A stretch of DNA of 64,000 nucleotides from an uncultured Candidatus Rokubacteria bacterium. Its GTDB lineage: Bacteria; Methylomirabilota; Methylomirabilia; Rokubacteriales; CSP1-6. How positions within the stretch are numbered: the first letter of the stretch is position 1; each line of letters starts with the position of its first letter. The stretch spans positions 736,001-800,000 of the forward strand of contig CAVYTA010000005.1 in assembly GCA_963771355.1 (NCBI GenBank), written 5' to 3'. Positions 37,847 through 52,435 of the stretch are shown piece after piece. The notes under the pieces are model-generated. The model was not told the DNA's origin. It saw only the letters and a program-made list of their open reading frames with translations, and searched no databases. Both the position numbers and the translations under genes were made by a program.

Positions 37847-38274
37847 TCGAGACCACCCTGCCCGCTTCCCGGTGTCCGCGCTGCCGGCGGCTCATCGTCC
37901 CGCCCGCGGCCCGTTGCCCCGACCACGGCGATCGGATGGAGGCGGCCGGGGTGCCGAACACGGGGGAAGTGGTGTCCTTCACTTCCCTGCATTCGCCTCC
38001 CGAAGGCTTTCGGTCGCCGCTGCACATCGCGCTGGTCGAGCTGGAGGGCGGCGCGCGGCTCTTCTGCCACGGAGAAGAGACGCGCGGGGTGAAGATCGGC
38101 TCGCGGGTGGCGGTGGAGAACGTGGATTCGGTGTTCTATTTCTCGCACATGGGGTACGCGGACCGGGCGCGGATGTTCTGGCGGCGCGCGGGAGCCCGCG
38201 GTGAGAAGGTCGCCGCCATCAGCAAGAGCCTCGTGCAGGGACTCTTCAAAGGGAGATCGCGTGGCCAAGGCTAA
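37843..38274 (+). CDS. DUF35-type Zn-ribbon/OB-fold protein
   Basis: CPRC...CPDH, GEVVSFT, ALVELEGG. Coupled to the thiolase-like gene. Confidence 0.82.
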   Translation: MIETTLPASRCPRCRRLIVPPAARCPDHGDRMEAAGVPNTGEVVSFTSLHSPPEGFRSPLHIALVELEGGARLFCHGEETRGVKIGSRVAVENVDSVFYFSHMGYADRARMFWRRAGARGEKVAAISKSLVQGLFKGRSRGQG

Positions 38275-39517
38275 GTCTCGTTCGCTTGCGAGGAAGAGGC
38301 GGGCGCCGGCGGCGCGTCGCGCCGTTCCGTCCCGGCCGCCCCTGGCCGGCATCCGCGTGGTCGACCTCACCCGCGTGCTCGCGGGGCCCTTCTGCGCCAT
38401 GGCGCTCGGCGACATGGGGGCGGAGGTGATCAAGATCGAGGAGCCCGGCAAGGGCGACGACACGCGCGGCTGGCCGCCCTTCGCGGGCGGTGAGGCCACC
38501 TACTTCATGGCGGTGAACCGCAGCAAGCAGAGCCTCACCCTGAACCTCAAGGCGAAGGAGGGTCAGGCCATCCTCCGCGGCCTCATCGCGCGGGCCGACG
38601 TGGTGCTGGAGAACTTTCGCCCGGGGACCATGGAGCGGCTGGGCTTCGGCTACGACTCGCTCCGGAAGACGAACCCGCGCCTGGTGTACTGCTCGATCTC
38701 GGGCTTCGGCGAGAGCGGGCCCGAAGCCTCACGGCCCGGGTACGACCTCATCGTGCAGGGTGAGTCGGGGGTGATGGACCTCACCGGCTTCGCGGACGGC
38801 CCGCCGGTCAAGGTCGGCAACTCCATCGCCGACCTGGTGGCCGGCCTGTCCGCCGCGCACGGCATCACGCTGGCGCTCCTGTCCCGCGCGCGCAGCGGGA
38901 AGGGTCAGAAGGTCGAGATCGGCATGCTCGACCAGATGGCGGCGCTGCTGACCTATCAGGCGGGGCTCTACTGGAACGGCGGCGGCCGGCCCGCGCGGCG
39001 GGGGAACGCGCACCCGTCCATCGTCCCCTACGAGGTGTATCAGGCGAAGGACGCCTATCTCACCCTCGGCGTGGCCAACAACTCGCTCTTCGAGCGGTTC
39101 TGCGGCGCGCTCGGCCGGCCGGAGCTGGCCCGGGACCCGCGCTTCGACACCGAGGCCAAGCGCGTGGCCAACCGGGACACGCTCAATCCGATCCTCAACG
39201 CCGAGCTGGGCACGCGTCCGGCGGCCGAGTGGCTGGAGCGCTGTGACAAGGCCGGCGTCCCCGCGGGGAAGATCAAGACGGTGGCCGAGGTGTGCGAGAG
39301 CGAGCATCTCAAGGCGCGGGGCATGGTGGTCTCGCTGCCGCATCCCAAGGCCGGCGCGGTCACCATGATGGGCGTGCCCATCCGGCTCGGGGACACGCCG
39401 GGGGCGGCGACGATCCCCCCGCCGCTGCTGGGCCAGCACACCGAGGAGATCCTGACCGGGCTCCTTCGCTACCCGCGCGCCAAGGTGGCCGCGCTGCGCG
39501 CGGCGGGAGTGGTGTAG
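38261..39517 (+). CDS. Class III CoA-transferase (CaiB/BaiF)
   Basis: PLAGIRVVDLTRVLAGP, ENFRPG, GYDLIVQ, PLLGQHT. Confidence 0.93.
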   Translation: MAKAKSRSLARKRRAPAARRAVPSRPPLAGIRVVDLTRVLAGPFCAMALGDMGAEVIKIEEPGKGDDTRGWPPFAGGEATYFMAVNRSKQSLTLNLKAKEGQAILRGLIARADVVLENFRPGTMERLGFGYDSLRKTNPRLVYCSISGFGESGPEASRPGYDLIVQGESGVMDLTGFADGPPVKVGNSIADLVAGLSAAHGITLALLSRARSGKGQKVEIGMLDQMAALLTYQAGLYWNGGGRPARRGNAHPSIVPYEVYQAKDAYLTLGVANNSLFERFCGALGRPELARDPRFDTEAKRVANRDTLNPILNAELGTRPAAEWLERCDKAGVPAGKIKTVAEVCESEHLKARGMVVSLPHPKAGAVTMMGVPIRLGDTPGAATIPPPLLGQHTEEILTGLLRYPRAKVAALRAAGVV

Positions 39518-39581
39518 GCCCGCTCCGGCCCGCGGCGGGAAACTTGACTCCCCTCGGGGCCTTCCCCATGATGGGTGACCC

Positions 39582-41171
39582 ATGACACGGCTCATCAAGC
39601 TCTACGACACCACGCTCCGCGACGGCACGCAGGGCGAGGGCGTGGCCTTTTCGATGGAAGACAAGGTCCGGATCGCCCAGCGGCTCGATGCCTTGGGAAT
39701 CCACTATATAGAAGGGGGCTGGCCCGGCTCCAACCCGAAGGACCTGCGCTTCTTCAAGCGCGTGCAGGGCGCCGTGTTCAAGACGGCCAAGATCAGCGCC
39801 TTCGGCGCCACGCGCCGGCCGGGCGTCCGTCCACAGGAAGATCCGAACCTCCAGGCCCTCGTGGAAGCGGGGCCGCCGGTCGTCACCATCTTCGGCAAGT
39901 CGTGGGACTTCCACGTCACCGCGGCGCTCGGCACCACGCTCGAGGAAAACCTCGCCATGATCGGCGACTCGATCACCTACCTCCACAAGCACTTCGAGGA
40001 AGTCATCTACGACGCCGAGCACTTCTTCGACGGCTTCAAGCGGAATCGCGAGTACGCGCTGGCCACCCTGCGGGCGGCGGAGGCGGCGGGCGCGCACTGC
40101 CTCGTCCTCTGCGACACCAACGGTGGCAGCGTGCCGCACGAGATCGTCGAGATCCTCCGTGCCGTGAAGCAGGTGGTGAAGCCGTCCAGCCCGCTGGGCA
40201 TCCACGTCCACAACGACACCGAGTGCGCGGTGGCGAATACCCTCGCCGCGGTGTCCGAGGGCGTGAACCACGTGCAGGGCACCATCAATGGCTACGGCGA
40301 GCGCTGCGGCAACGCCAACCTCATCTCCATCATCCCCAACCTCATGCTGAAGATGGGGCTGGACAGCCTCCCCCCGGAGAATCTCCGCGACCTCCGCGAG
40401 GTGTCGCGCTTCGTCTCCGAGCTGGCCAACCGCAAGCCGTGGGCGTCGCAGCCCTATGTCGGCGACTCGGCCTTCGCCCACAAGGGCGGCATCCACGTGT
40501 CCGCGGTGCTCAAGCACCCCGACACCTACGAGCACGTCGATCCCGAGGTGGTGGGCAATCACCGGCGCGTGCTGGTCTCCGAGCTGTCGGGCCAGTCCAA
40601 CGTGCTCTGGAAGGCGCGCGAGTACGGGATCGATCTGGACAAGAACACCCCCGACGCGCGGCGCATCCTCGAGATGCTCAAGCGGCTCGAGGACGAGGGA
40701 TTCCAGTTCGAGGGGGCGGAGGCCTCGTTCGAGCTGCTGATGGAGCGGGCGCTCGGCAATCACCGGCCCTACTTCGAGCTGCAGGGCTTCCGCGTCATCG
40801 TGGAGGAGCAGGGGAGCGGCACCGAGCCCGTGGCCGAGGCCACCGTGAAGCTCCGCGTGAAGGGCATCGAGGAGCATACCGCCGCGTCCGGCAACGGCCC
40901 GGTCAACGCCCTCGACCACGCGCTCCGCAAGGCGCTGGAGGACTTCTATCCGAACCTGCGCCAGATGAGCCTGCTCGACTACAAGGTGCGCATCCTCGAC
41001 GAGTCCAAGGCCACCGCGGCCAAGACCCGCGTGCTGATCACCTCGGGCGACGGCGACGAGACCTGGGGCACGGTGGGAGTGGCGGACAACATCATCGAGG
41101 CCTCCTGGCAGGCGCTGGTGGACTCCGTCGAGTACAAGCTCCGACGGGACGAGCGGCGCGGCCAGCGCTGA
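39582..41171 (+). CDS. cimA: Citramalate synthase
   Basis: [27 protein letters not shown], LeuA regulatory domain, WGTVGV..NIIEASW. Promoter TTGACT-N17-CATGAT. Confidence 0.92.
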   Translation: MTRLIKLYDTTLRDGTQGEGVAFSMEDKVRIAQRLDALGIHYIEGGWPGSNPKDLRFFKRVQGAVFKTAKISAFGATRRPGVRPQEDPNLQALVEAGPPVVTIFGKSWDFHVTAALGTTLEENLAMIGDSITYLHKHFEEVIYDAEHFFDGFKRNREYALATLRAAEAAGAHCLVLCDTNGGSVPHEIVEILRAVKQVVKPSSPLGIHVHNDTECAVANTLAAVSEGVNHVQGTINGYGERCGNANLISIIPNLMLKMGLDSLPPENLRDLREVSRFVSELANRKPWASQPYVGDSAFAHKGGIHVSAVLKHPDTYEHVDPEVVGNHRRVLVSELSGQSNVLWKAREYGIDLDKNTPDARRILEMLKRLEDEGFQFEGAEASFELLMERALGNHRPYFELQGFRVIVEEQGSGTEPVAEATVKLRVKGIEEHTAASGNGPVNALDHALRKALEDFYPNLRQMSLLDYKVRILDESKATAAKTRVLITSGDGDETWGTVGVADNIIEASWQALVDSVEYKLRRDERRGQR

Positions 41172-41184
41172 TCAGTCGCCGCGG

Positions 41185-41646
41185 TCAGCGGCCACGGCCC
41201 TTCCGCCAGGCCGCGATGTCCCGGGCGTGCTCCGCGTAATGATGACGGCTATTGCCGTCCACGAGCTTGTAGGCCGTCCGCTCGGGCACCACGCGGTCCT
41301 CGGGCAACGCCCGCGCCGCGCGGAGAAAATCGGCGTGAGCGGCGTCGAGCTCCTTGACGATGTCGGCGGTGGTCCACGTGGCCTTGGCGGCGGCGAACTT
41401 CGCGTTCCACGCGTCGAAGTCCGAGTAGGATACCCCTTCGGTGAAGGGCTTCTCGCCCCGGGCCAGCCGCTCGACCCCCGGAAGCATCTCGCGGTGCCAG
41501 CCGGAGATGTGGCTGAGGATCTCGCGCACGCTCCAGGTTCCGCACCACACCTCGCGCATGTCGGCCTCGCTGAGGCCCGCGATCGCGCCCTTGAGTCCCT
41601 GGAACTCCGTCTCCGCTCCCTCGAGCAGCTCACTCTTGGCCGACAT
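41185..41646 (-). CDS. DinB/ClbS-DfsB family four-helix bundle protein
   Basis: WSVREILSHISGW...HHYAEHARDI. Confidence 0.8.
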   Translation of the reverse strand: MSAKSELLEGAETEFQGLKGAIAGLSEADMREVWCGTWSVREILSHISGWHREMLPGVERLARGEKPFTEGVSYSDFDAWNAKFAAAKATWTTADIVKELDAAHADFLRAARALPEDRVVPERTAYKLVDGNSRHHYAEHARDIAAWRKGRGR

Positions 41647-41657
41647 GGAGGCCCTCC

Positions 41658-42095
41658 TCAGGCAAGCCCCCGAGGGGACAGGCGCTTGTAGAACAGCAGC
41701 TCCCGCACGCCCTGGGGCAGGTTGTCGATGTAGCCGCTGGGCGAGAAGCCCAGCGCGGTGTGCATCTGGATGGAGGCGGCGTTGGTTTCCTCGGTGGAGG
41801 AGAACACCCGCGGCGAGAGCGAGACCGTCTCCACGGTGCGATAGAATTCACGGGCGATGCCCTTGCGCCGGAAGTCCTCGCGGACGACCACGAGCGAGAC
41901 GAAGGTGCACTGGAACCAGTCCGTGCGATAGGCCAGGAAGCCGACCACTTCCCCCTCGGCGTCCGCCACCATGATCTGATGCCGCTCGAAGTGAGACTTC
42001 ACGAAGGTGCCCGCTCGGTCCGCCCCGATCACGGCGGCGGCGAGCTCCGTGCACGGCGTCGCATCGGCGAGGCGCGGAAGACGGATTTCGATCAT
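41658..42095 (-). CDS. GNAT family N-acetyltransferase
   Basis: VREDFRRKGIA and N..S..MHTALGF motifs. Confidence 0.82.
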   Translation of the reverse strand: MIEIRLPRLADATPCTELAAAVIGADRAGTFVKSHFERHQIMVADAEGEVVGFLAYRTDWFQCTFVSLVVVREDFRRKGIAREFYRTVETVSLSPRVFSSTEETNAASIQMHTALGFSPSGYIDNLPQGVRELLFYKRLSPRGLA

Positions 42096-42122
42096 GGCGG
42101 GGCCGGAGTCATTGTAGCGCGG

Positions 42123-42878
42123 CTACCGGGCGGTGAAGTCGAGGAGCAGCGCGGCGTGATCGGACAAGGCCGGCGTGGGGCGGACGCCGGGGCGCCGCCG
42201 GCCCCACTCGTAGCGGACGGCGCCCAGTGAGGGAAGCAGTTCCCCGTTGATGAAGGCCTGGTCCAGGCGGAACCCGTTCCCGGCGTTGGGTGAGTACCAC
42301 GTATAGGCGCGCGCCTCGCCCTGCAGGTGCCGGAAGCCGTCGCGCCACCCCGCGTGCTCCAGCCCGTCGATCCAGCCGCCCTCGCGAGCGTTGAAGCCCA
42401 CCCGGCAGGTGGGGGCCTCGTCGAGCCCCGGCCGCCCTGAGTTGGTGTCGCCGATGAGGACGGCGGGGCCGTGGGCCCACGCTTCCGCCAGGCGCAGCAC
42501 CGCGTCGAGAAACGGCCACTTGCGGCCGGTGTCCCGATTGGGCACATGCATGGCGCCGAGCGTGAAGGGAGCCGGGCCCGCCACCTCGGCGAGGAGGAAG
42601 CGGGCCGGCTCGTCGGGCACCCGGTGCGCCAGCACGCGGCGGAGGGGCCAGCGCGAGGCGACGAGCAGGGCATTGACGCCGGCCCGGCCGGGGTCGGCGG
42701 TGGTGGCCTGGTGGACGAGCCCCTGCTCGCCCAGCGCGGCAGCCAGTGCCGCGCTGGGCGGAGTGGCGCGGAACTCGCAGAGCGCCACCACGTCCGGCGT
42801 CCAGCGCGAGAGCTGGCGGGCGAGCGCCGGCACGCGCGTGCCGCCCCCTGCCCGGATATTCCAGCCGATGAGGCGCAG
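42123..42878 (-). CDS. Endonuclease/exonuclease/phosphatase (ExoIII-like) family protein, probable CTG start
   Basis: LRLIGWNIRAGG, LCE, GDTNSG, YTW, RLD and SDHAA motifs. Confidence 0.82.
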   Translation of the reverse strand: MRLIGWNIRAGGGTRVPALARQLSRWTPDVVALCEFRATPPSAALAAALGEQGLVHQATTADPGRAGVNALLVASRWPLRRVLAHRVPDEPARFLLAEVAGPAPFTLGAMHVPNRDTGRKWPFLDAVLRLAEAWAHGPAVLIGDTNSGRPGLDEAPTCRVGFNAREGGWIDGLEHAGWRDGFRHLQGEARAYTWYSPNAGNGFRLDQAFINGELLPSLGAVRYEWGRRRPGVRPTPALSDHAALLLDFTAR

Positions 42879-42888
42879 CGGCCGCCTC

Positions 42889-43584
42889 TCAGTACGTCCC
42901 GGGGCGGATTTCCTTGTAGACCGCCTTGAGCTTGTCCGCGGTGAAGTCGGGGCTCTGGCACATGGAGATGATGCGCTTCTCCATGGCCTCGACCTTGGCG
43001 ATGGCGTCGGGGATCCCGGTGGCGATGTCGTGGGGGATGGTGACCACGCCGTGCTGGTCGCCGTGGATCAGATCGCCCGGCTTGACGAGCACGCCGCCGA
43101 CCTTGACGGGAATGCCGAAGTCCACCATGTGCACGTTGGCGTGGGACACCGAGACGTGGGCCGCGCAGAACTGAAAGTTGAGCGCGCGCACCTCGTCGAG
43201 GTCGCGCACGGAGCCGTCCGTCACCACGCCCACGCAGCCGAGCGCGCGGTGGATGTTCGCCTGCACCTCACCCCACTGCGCGCCCTGCCCGCGGGGATCG
43301 TCGAGATCGTGCACCACGATCACCCGCGGGGCGGGGATGGACAGGATGAAGTCCCACCACCCGAAGAGGCTCGCGCGGTGCCCCTCGATGGGCCCCTGCT
43401 CGGCGCGGATGAGGGCGGTGCAGGCATAGCCCACCATCGGCCCCATCTCCGGGAAGAGCGCCTTGATCTCCGAGGACAGGTTGCCCTGCTCGCGGGGCCG
43501 CACGTTGAACGTCTCGATGGCATTGGCCACGCTGGGGCTGGTGATCTTCCGGAGGGCGGTGACTTGCGGCGGCGTCAGCGGCAC
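42889..43584 (-). CDS. RraA/HMG aldolase family protein
   Basis: WGEV, GVVTDGSVRDLDE, PGDLIHGDQHGVV. SD AGGAG precedes the GTG. Confidence 0.87.
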   Translation of the reverse strand: MPLTPPQVTALRKITSPSVANAIETFNVRPREQGNLSSEIKALFPEMGPMVGYACTALIRAEQGPIEGHRASLFGWWDFILSIPAPRVIVVHDLDDPRGQGAQWGEVQANIHRALGCVGVVTDGSVRDLDEVRALNFQFCAAHVSVSHANVHMVDFGIPVKVGGVLVKPGDLIHGDQHGVVTIPHDIATGIPDAIAKVEAMEKRIISMCQSPDFTADKLKAVYKEIRPGTY

Positions 43585-43600
43585 GGCGGTCTCCTTTGCG

Positions 43601-44827
43601 CTAGTGAGTCGGGGTGAGCGCCGCCTCGATGGCGGCGAGATCGGGCGCCACGGTGTAGAGCGGGCCCGCCTCGTCGTCGGCGCCGGCGGGCTGCTTGAGG
43701 CCATGCCCGGTGACGACGCAGACGACGAGATCGGTGGGACGAATGCGGCCCTCGCGGCGGAGACGCGACGCGACGGCGATGGGCGCCGCCGCCGAGGGCT
43801 CGCAGTAGATGCCGGCGGTGCGGGCGAGGAGCGACTGGGCGGCGAGCAGGTCGGCGTCGGTGGCGCTGGCGGCTACCCCGCCGGTCCGGCGCACCGCGTC
43901 CAGGCAGCGCCAGCCCAGCTGCGGCGCGCCCACCGCGATGGCCTGGGCCACGGTGCTGGCGGCGGTGACGGGCGCGACCTCGTCGCGGCCGGCCTCGAAG
44001 GCCCGCGTGATGGGATCCGCGGCGGTGGGCTGGGCCGCGACCATGCGCGGCACCCCGCGCGCCCAGCCCAGCGCCACCAGCTCGCGCCAGCCCTTCCAGC
44101 AGGCGGTGACACCGAGGCCGCCGCCGATGGGGTGCAGCATCCAGTCCGGCGTCTCCCCGCGAAGATCCTCCCACGTCTCGAAGGCGTAGGACTTCTTGCC
44201 CTCGTTCCGCCAGGGATTGGTGGAGAGGCAGGAATACCAGCCGAAGGCCTTGAGCGCCTCCTTGAACAGCGCGGCGGTGGCGTCATAGTCGGCCTGCACC
44301 GCGAGCACGGTGGCGCCGTGGGCGCGGGCCTGGACGATCTTGGCCGGCGAGGTCGCCGCCGGCACCATCACCACGCAGGGCAGCCCGGCGGCGGCCGCGT
44401 AGGCGCCGACCGAGGCGGCGTGGTTGCCGCTGGAGGACACCGCCACCACCCGCGCCCCCACGGTGCGCGCGTGGGTGAGGGCCACCGTGACCGAACGGTC
44501 CTTCAGGGACCCGGTGGGGAGCACGGTATCGTTCTTGACCCACAGCCGCTCGATGCCCACCGCCTGCGCCAGCCGGGGCGGAAGGAGCAGCGGCGTGTCG
44601 CCCTCGCCCAGCGTCACCGCGCGGCTCGGATCCACCGGCAGGAACTCGTGCCACCGCCATAGACCGCGCGGGCGCCGGCGGATCTTCTCCGCGAGGCTCG
44701 GCTTGACCAGCCGCAGGTCCGGCTCGATCTCCATCACGGTGCCGCAGCGCCCGCAGACTGCAGGCGGGCCGGTGAGATCGCCCGGCTCCTGACAGCGCGG
44801 GCAGGCGAGCCGCGCCGGAAAGCCCAT
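43601..44827 (-). CDS. thrC: Threonine synthase
   Basis: N-terminal Zn ribbon, LGEGDTP, PTGSLKDR (PLP Lys), SSGN, TGHGLK. Confidence 0.85.
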   Translation of the reverse strand: MGFPARLACPRCQEPGDLTGPPAVCGRCGTVMEIEPDLRLVKPSLAEKIRRRPRGLWRWHEFLPVDPSRAVTLGEGDTPLLLPPRLAQAVGIERLWVKNDTVLPTGSLKDRSVTVALTHARTVGARVVAVSSSGNHAASVGAYAAAAGLPCVVMVPAATSPAKIVQARAHGATVLAVQADYDATAALFKEALKAFGWYSCLSTNPWRNEGKKSYAFETWEDLRGETPDWMLHPIGGGLGVTACWKGWRELVALGWARGVPRMVAAQPTAADPITRAFEAGRDEVAPVTAASTVAQAIAVGAPQLGWRCLDAVRRTGGVAASATDADLLAAQSLLARTAGIYCEPSAAAPIAVASRLRREGRIRPTDLVVCVVTGHGLKQPAGADDEAGPLYTVAPDLAAIEAALTPTH

Positions 44828-44840
44828 CAGATCGCGCCCA

Positions 44841-49232
<4,392 letters not shown>

Positions 49233-49242
49233 GACGCGCGGA

Positions 49243-50304
49243 TCACCTGTAGCCAGCGCGATCGGCGAGCTTGGTGGCGGCGGCCTGGAACTCGCCGGCG
49301 GCGGCCACGTTGATGTCGTCCTGCCGGAACTTGCCCCACTTGGCGATGACGGGGTTCACCGACGCCTGCGGGTTCGCCGGATACTCGAAGTTGGAGTCGG
49401 CGAACATCTGCTGCGCCTCGGGCGAGGTGAGGAACTCGAGCAGCTTGACCGCGTTCGCGCGGTTCTTGGCATTGGCGGTGATGCCGGCGCCCGAGATATT
49501 GACATGGGTCCCGGTGGTCTGCTGATTCGCCCAGAAGGCCGCCACCGGGAAGGTGGGGTCCTTGGCGAGGATGCGCCCGAGATAGTAGGTATTGGTCAGC
49601 CCGACGTCGCACTGACCGGCCGCGATGGCCTCGAGGATCTTGGTGTCGCCGTTGATGAGCGTGGGATTGTTCGCCACCCAGCCCTTGACCACCTGCTCCA
49701 CCTTGGGCTCGCCGCTCCGCTTGATCATGGTGGCGAGGAAGGACTGGTTGTACACGTAGGTCGAGGTGCGGAGGCAGATCCGGTTCTTCCACTTGGGATC
49801 GGCCAGCGCCTCGTAGGTCGACAGCTCTTCCGGCTTCACCTTGGCGGTGTTGTACATGATGGTGCGCGCGCGCACCGTGAGCGCCGTCCACCGCCCTTCG
49901 GGGTCGCGCAGGTTCGCGGGCACGTTGGCGGCGATCTCGGGCGAGTCCATCCGGGAGAGGAGGCCGGCCCGGCCGGCGTTCCAGAGATTGCCCGCGTCCA
50001 CCGTGATCAGGACGTCGGCGGGAGTCTTGTCGCCCTCGGCCTTCAGCCGGTCGAACAGCTCGGAGGTATTGCCGCCGAAGCTCTTGACCTGGATGCCGGT
50101 CTTCTTGGTGAAGGCGTCAATGGCCGGCTCCTGGCCATACTGCGACCGGGCCGAGTACACCACCACCTCGCCGGCGCCGGCGGCGAAGCTCTGCGCGCCC
50201 GTGCCGGCCATCCCCGCTCCCCCTACCATGGTCAGGGCCAGCAGCAGCGCGAGTGCACCGGTGGCCGCCCGCTCCCTCGTCGTGCTGCTCGTCGAGCTCT
50301 GCAT
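49243..50304 (-). CDS. futA: Fe3+ ABC substrate-binding protein (FutA/FbpA-like)
   Basis: VVYSAR, TPADVLITVDAGNL, NTYY (Fe-ligand tyrosines), GTHVNISG. Confidence 0.88.
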   Translation of the reverse strand: MQSSTSSTTRERAATGALALLLALTMVGGAGMAGTGAQSFAAGAGEVVVYSARSQYGQEPAIDAFTKKTGIQVKSFGGNTSELFDRLKAEGDKTPADVLITVDAGNLWNAGRAGLLSRMDSPEIAANVPANLRDPEGRWTALTVRARTIMYNTAKVKPEELSTYEALADPKWKNRICLRTSTYVYNQSFLATMIKRSGEPKVEQVVKGWVANNPTLINGDTKILEAIAAGQCDVGLTNTYYLGRILAKDPTFPVAAFWANQQTTGTHVNISGAGITANAKNRANAVKLLEFLTSPEAQQMFADSNFEYPANPQASVNPVIAKWGKFRQDDINVAAAGEFQAAATKLADRAGYR

Positions 50305-50367
50305 GTCGGGTCTCCCTAGTGCCTGGGTTGATCGGGGCCGTGGCGGCCCCCTTGGCCTCGCTGGCAG

Positions 50368-50398
50368 TAAGGTAACCCTAACTAAGACGAGCTGTCAA
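50368..50398 (-). promoter_or_regulatory. Promoter of the Fe3+ ABC genes with an overlapping DtxR/IdeR-like box
   Basis: Minus strand TTGACA-N18-TACCTT. TAAGGTAACCCTAACTAAG (50368-50386) matches TWAGGTWAGSCTWACCTWA at 15/19 positions. Confidence 0.7.
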
Positions 50399-50400
50399 CC

Positions 50401-51447
50401 CTAACGGGTGACCTTCGACGGGGCGGCCTTGGCGCGCGCCTCGGCCAGGAGCGTCTTGACCTGGTCGTGCTCGGCACCGCGCGGCACGAGCACGAGGAAG
50501 CGCTCCCAGGCGCGCGCGGCGCCCGCATAGTCCCCCTTGGCCTCGGCCAGGACCTGCCCCCGGAAGAAGTGGGCGGGCGGATAGTTCGGGTCGATGGCCA
50601 GCGCCTTGTCGAAGGTCTCCAGCGCGGCGTCGGCATGCCCGCCGAGGGCGACGATATAACCCAGATGGCTCATCGCATTCACGTTACGGGGATCCCGCTT
50701 GAGCACCGCCTGGTAGGCGGCGATGGCTTCCGAGTACCGGCCGGCGAAGAGGCTTTGCCGCGCCGCCTCGAGCATGCCGGCCAGCATCTCGGGCGAGAGC
50801 GGGCGCGCCGGACCCGCGCCCGTGGGGTCGCCGGGGGACACCGGCCCGCCCGGCGACGCGGGACTGCCCGGCGACGCGGGACCGCTCGGCAATGCGGGAC
50901 CGCTCATCGCGCCCGGCGAGCCGGGCGCGGCGACCACGCCTCCGGGCGCGGGCGCCATCGGGTCAGGCTCGGTATAGCGGCCCACGCTCACGCCGAGGAG
51001 CACGCCGAAGGCGAGTAGCAGCACGGCGCCCACCCCGAGCGCGACCGGGCGGTGGGTCCAGCTTCGTCCACCTGCGGCCGCCCTGGCGGTCGCGCGGGGC
51101 CCGTCGGCGCGGGGGGCGGACGTCGGTGGCGGGGCGAGCGGACCCAGGGCGTCCAGCGCGCCCAGTACCGCCGCCGCGCGCGCTTCATAGGCATCGCGGA
51201 GGCCGCGGTAGTCGTCCTCGGAAAGATGGCCGGCCTCGTGGTCGAAGTCGAGCTCGCGCAGCGCCCGATAGATCGCGGTCCGCTCCTCGCCGAGCTCGAG
51301 GCGGCGATCGGTCGCCCCGCTGGACGATCCGATGGCGGTTTCCGGCATCTCGCGGCCCGCGCCGGCGCCGCGCAGCAGGGGCCACAGCACGAGCCCGGCG
51401 GCGGGCACCGCGAGGAGGACAATGGGCAGCAGCTGGGCGACCGTCAC
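50401..51447 (-). CDS. ccmI: Cytochrome c biogenesis TPR protein CcmI/CycH-like
   Basis: TM helix, IYRALRELDFDHEAGHLSEDDY, Pro/Gly linker, TPRs. Confidence 0.75.
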   Translation of the reverse strand: MTVAQLLPIVLLAVPAAGLVLWPLLRGAGAGREMPETAIGSSSGATDRRLELGEERTAIYRALRELDFDHEAGHLSEDDYRGLRDAYEARAAAVLGALDALGPLAPPPTSAPRADGPRATARAAAGGRSWTHRPVALGVGAVLLLAFGVLLGVSVGRYTEPDPMAPAPGGVVAAPGSPGAMSGPALPSGPASPGSPASPGGPVSPGDPTGAGPARPLSPEMLAGMLEAARQSLFAGRYSEAIAAYQAVLKRDPRNVNAMSHLGYIVALGGHADAALETFDKALAIDPNYPPAHFFRGQVLAEAKGDYAGAARAWERFLVLVPRGAEHDQVKTLLAEARAKAAPSKVTR

Positions 51448-51908
51448 GAGTCGAGCTCGGCCATCTCCCGCCGGATGCGCTCGCGGGTGGCCTCGTCCAC
51501 CGCGGCCGGCGGCGCGGCGGCCGACCGCCGGCTCCAGCGGCGCATGGCGAGGCCCACCAGCACCAGGCCCAGGGCCAGGCCCACGAAGGGAACGACCCAC
51601 ACGAGGAGATCGAAGCCGTGGCGGGGCGGCGCGAGCAGGATCCACGTGCCGTACTTCTCCACGAAGTACGCGGTGACCTGCTCCGGGGTCTCGCCCGCGG
51701 CGAGCCGCTCGCGGACGATGGCGCGCATCTGATTGGCGGTTTCCGACGGCGAGTCGGCCACCGAGAGGCTCTGGCACACCACGCAGCGGAGATTGGCCGC
51801 CACGTCACGCACCTGCTCCTCGGTCACCGTCCGCCCGGGCGGCGCGGCGCCGAGCGCGGCCACCGCGACCATCGTGAGGCCCGTCAGGAGGAGAATCCGT
51901 CGCGTCAC
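51444..51908 (-). CDS. ccmH: Cytochrome c biogenesis protein CcmH
   Basis: LRCVVCQSLSVADS and YGTWILLAPP motifs. Confidence 0.92.
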   Translation of the reverse strand: MTRRILLLTGLTMVAVAALGAAPPGRTVTEEQVRDVAANLRCVVCQSLSVADSPSETANQMRAIVRERLAAGETPEQVTAYFVEKYGTWILLAPPRHGFDLLVWVVPFVGLALGLVLVGLAMRRWSRRSAAAPPAAVDEATRERIRREMAELDS

Positions 51909-52435
51909 GACTTCTCGGCCAGCAGGCGCTCGACCTGCGCGCGAACCATCTCGTCGGAGACCGCGCCCACCTTGCGCTCTCGGATCCGCCCGGCGCGGTC
52001 GATGAAGAAGGTCTCGGGCACCCCGTAGACACCGTACTCGACGGCGACGCGCCCGCCGGTGTCGGCGGCGTTGGGAAAGGTGAACTCGAACTGGCTCATG
52101 AATTTCCGCGCCGCCTCGTCCTTGTCCTGGATATTGATGCCGACGAGGGTCACGCCGCGGTCCCGATACTCGCGCCAGGCCTTCTCGAGCACCGGCGCCT
52201 CCTCGTAGCAGGCGGGAATGCACCACGACGCCCAGAAATTCACCACCACCACCCGGCCGCGCAGGCTCTCGAGCGAGAGCGGCGTGCCCGCGAAGCTGGT
52301 GAGGGTGAAGGGCGCGGCGGGCTTGCCCAGCAGCGTGGAGGGCAGCTGGCGCGGATCGGTGCGGAAGCCGTAGGCCAGCAGGACGAGGAGCGGCAGCACC
52401 GCGACCGGGATGAGCCAGCGGAGGTGACGCGTCAC
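51905..52435 (-). CDS. ccmG: Thiol:disulfide interchange protein CcmG/TlpA
   Basis: [10 protein letters not shown] and [13 protein letters not shown] motifs. Confidence 0.9.
   Translation of the reverse strand: MTRHLRWLIPVAVLPLLVLLAYGFRTDPRQLPSTLLGKPAAPFTLTSFAGTPLSLESLRGRVVVVNFWASWCIPACYEEAPVLEKAWREYRDRGVTLVGINIQDKDEAARKFMSQFEFTFPNAADTGGRVAVEYGVYGVPETFFIDRAGRIRERKVGAVSDEMVRAQVERLLAEKS

Noticed and set aside
50850..50903. 18-bp imperfect repeats in ccmI
   Set aside because: They encode a low-complexity Pro/Gly/Ser linker, which is ordinary.
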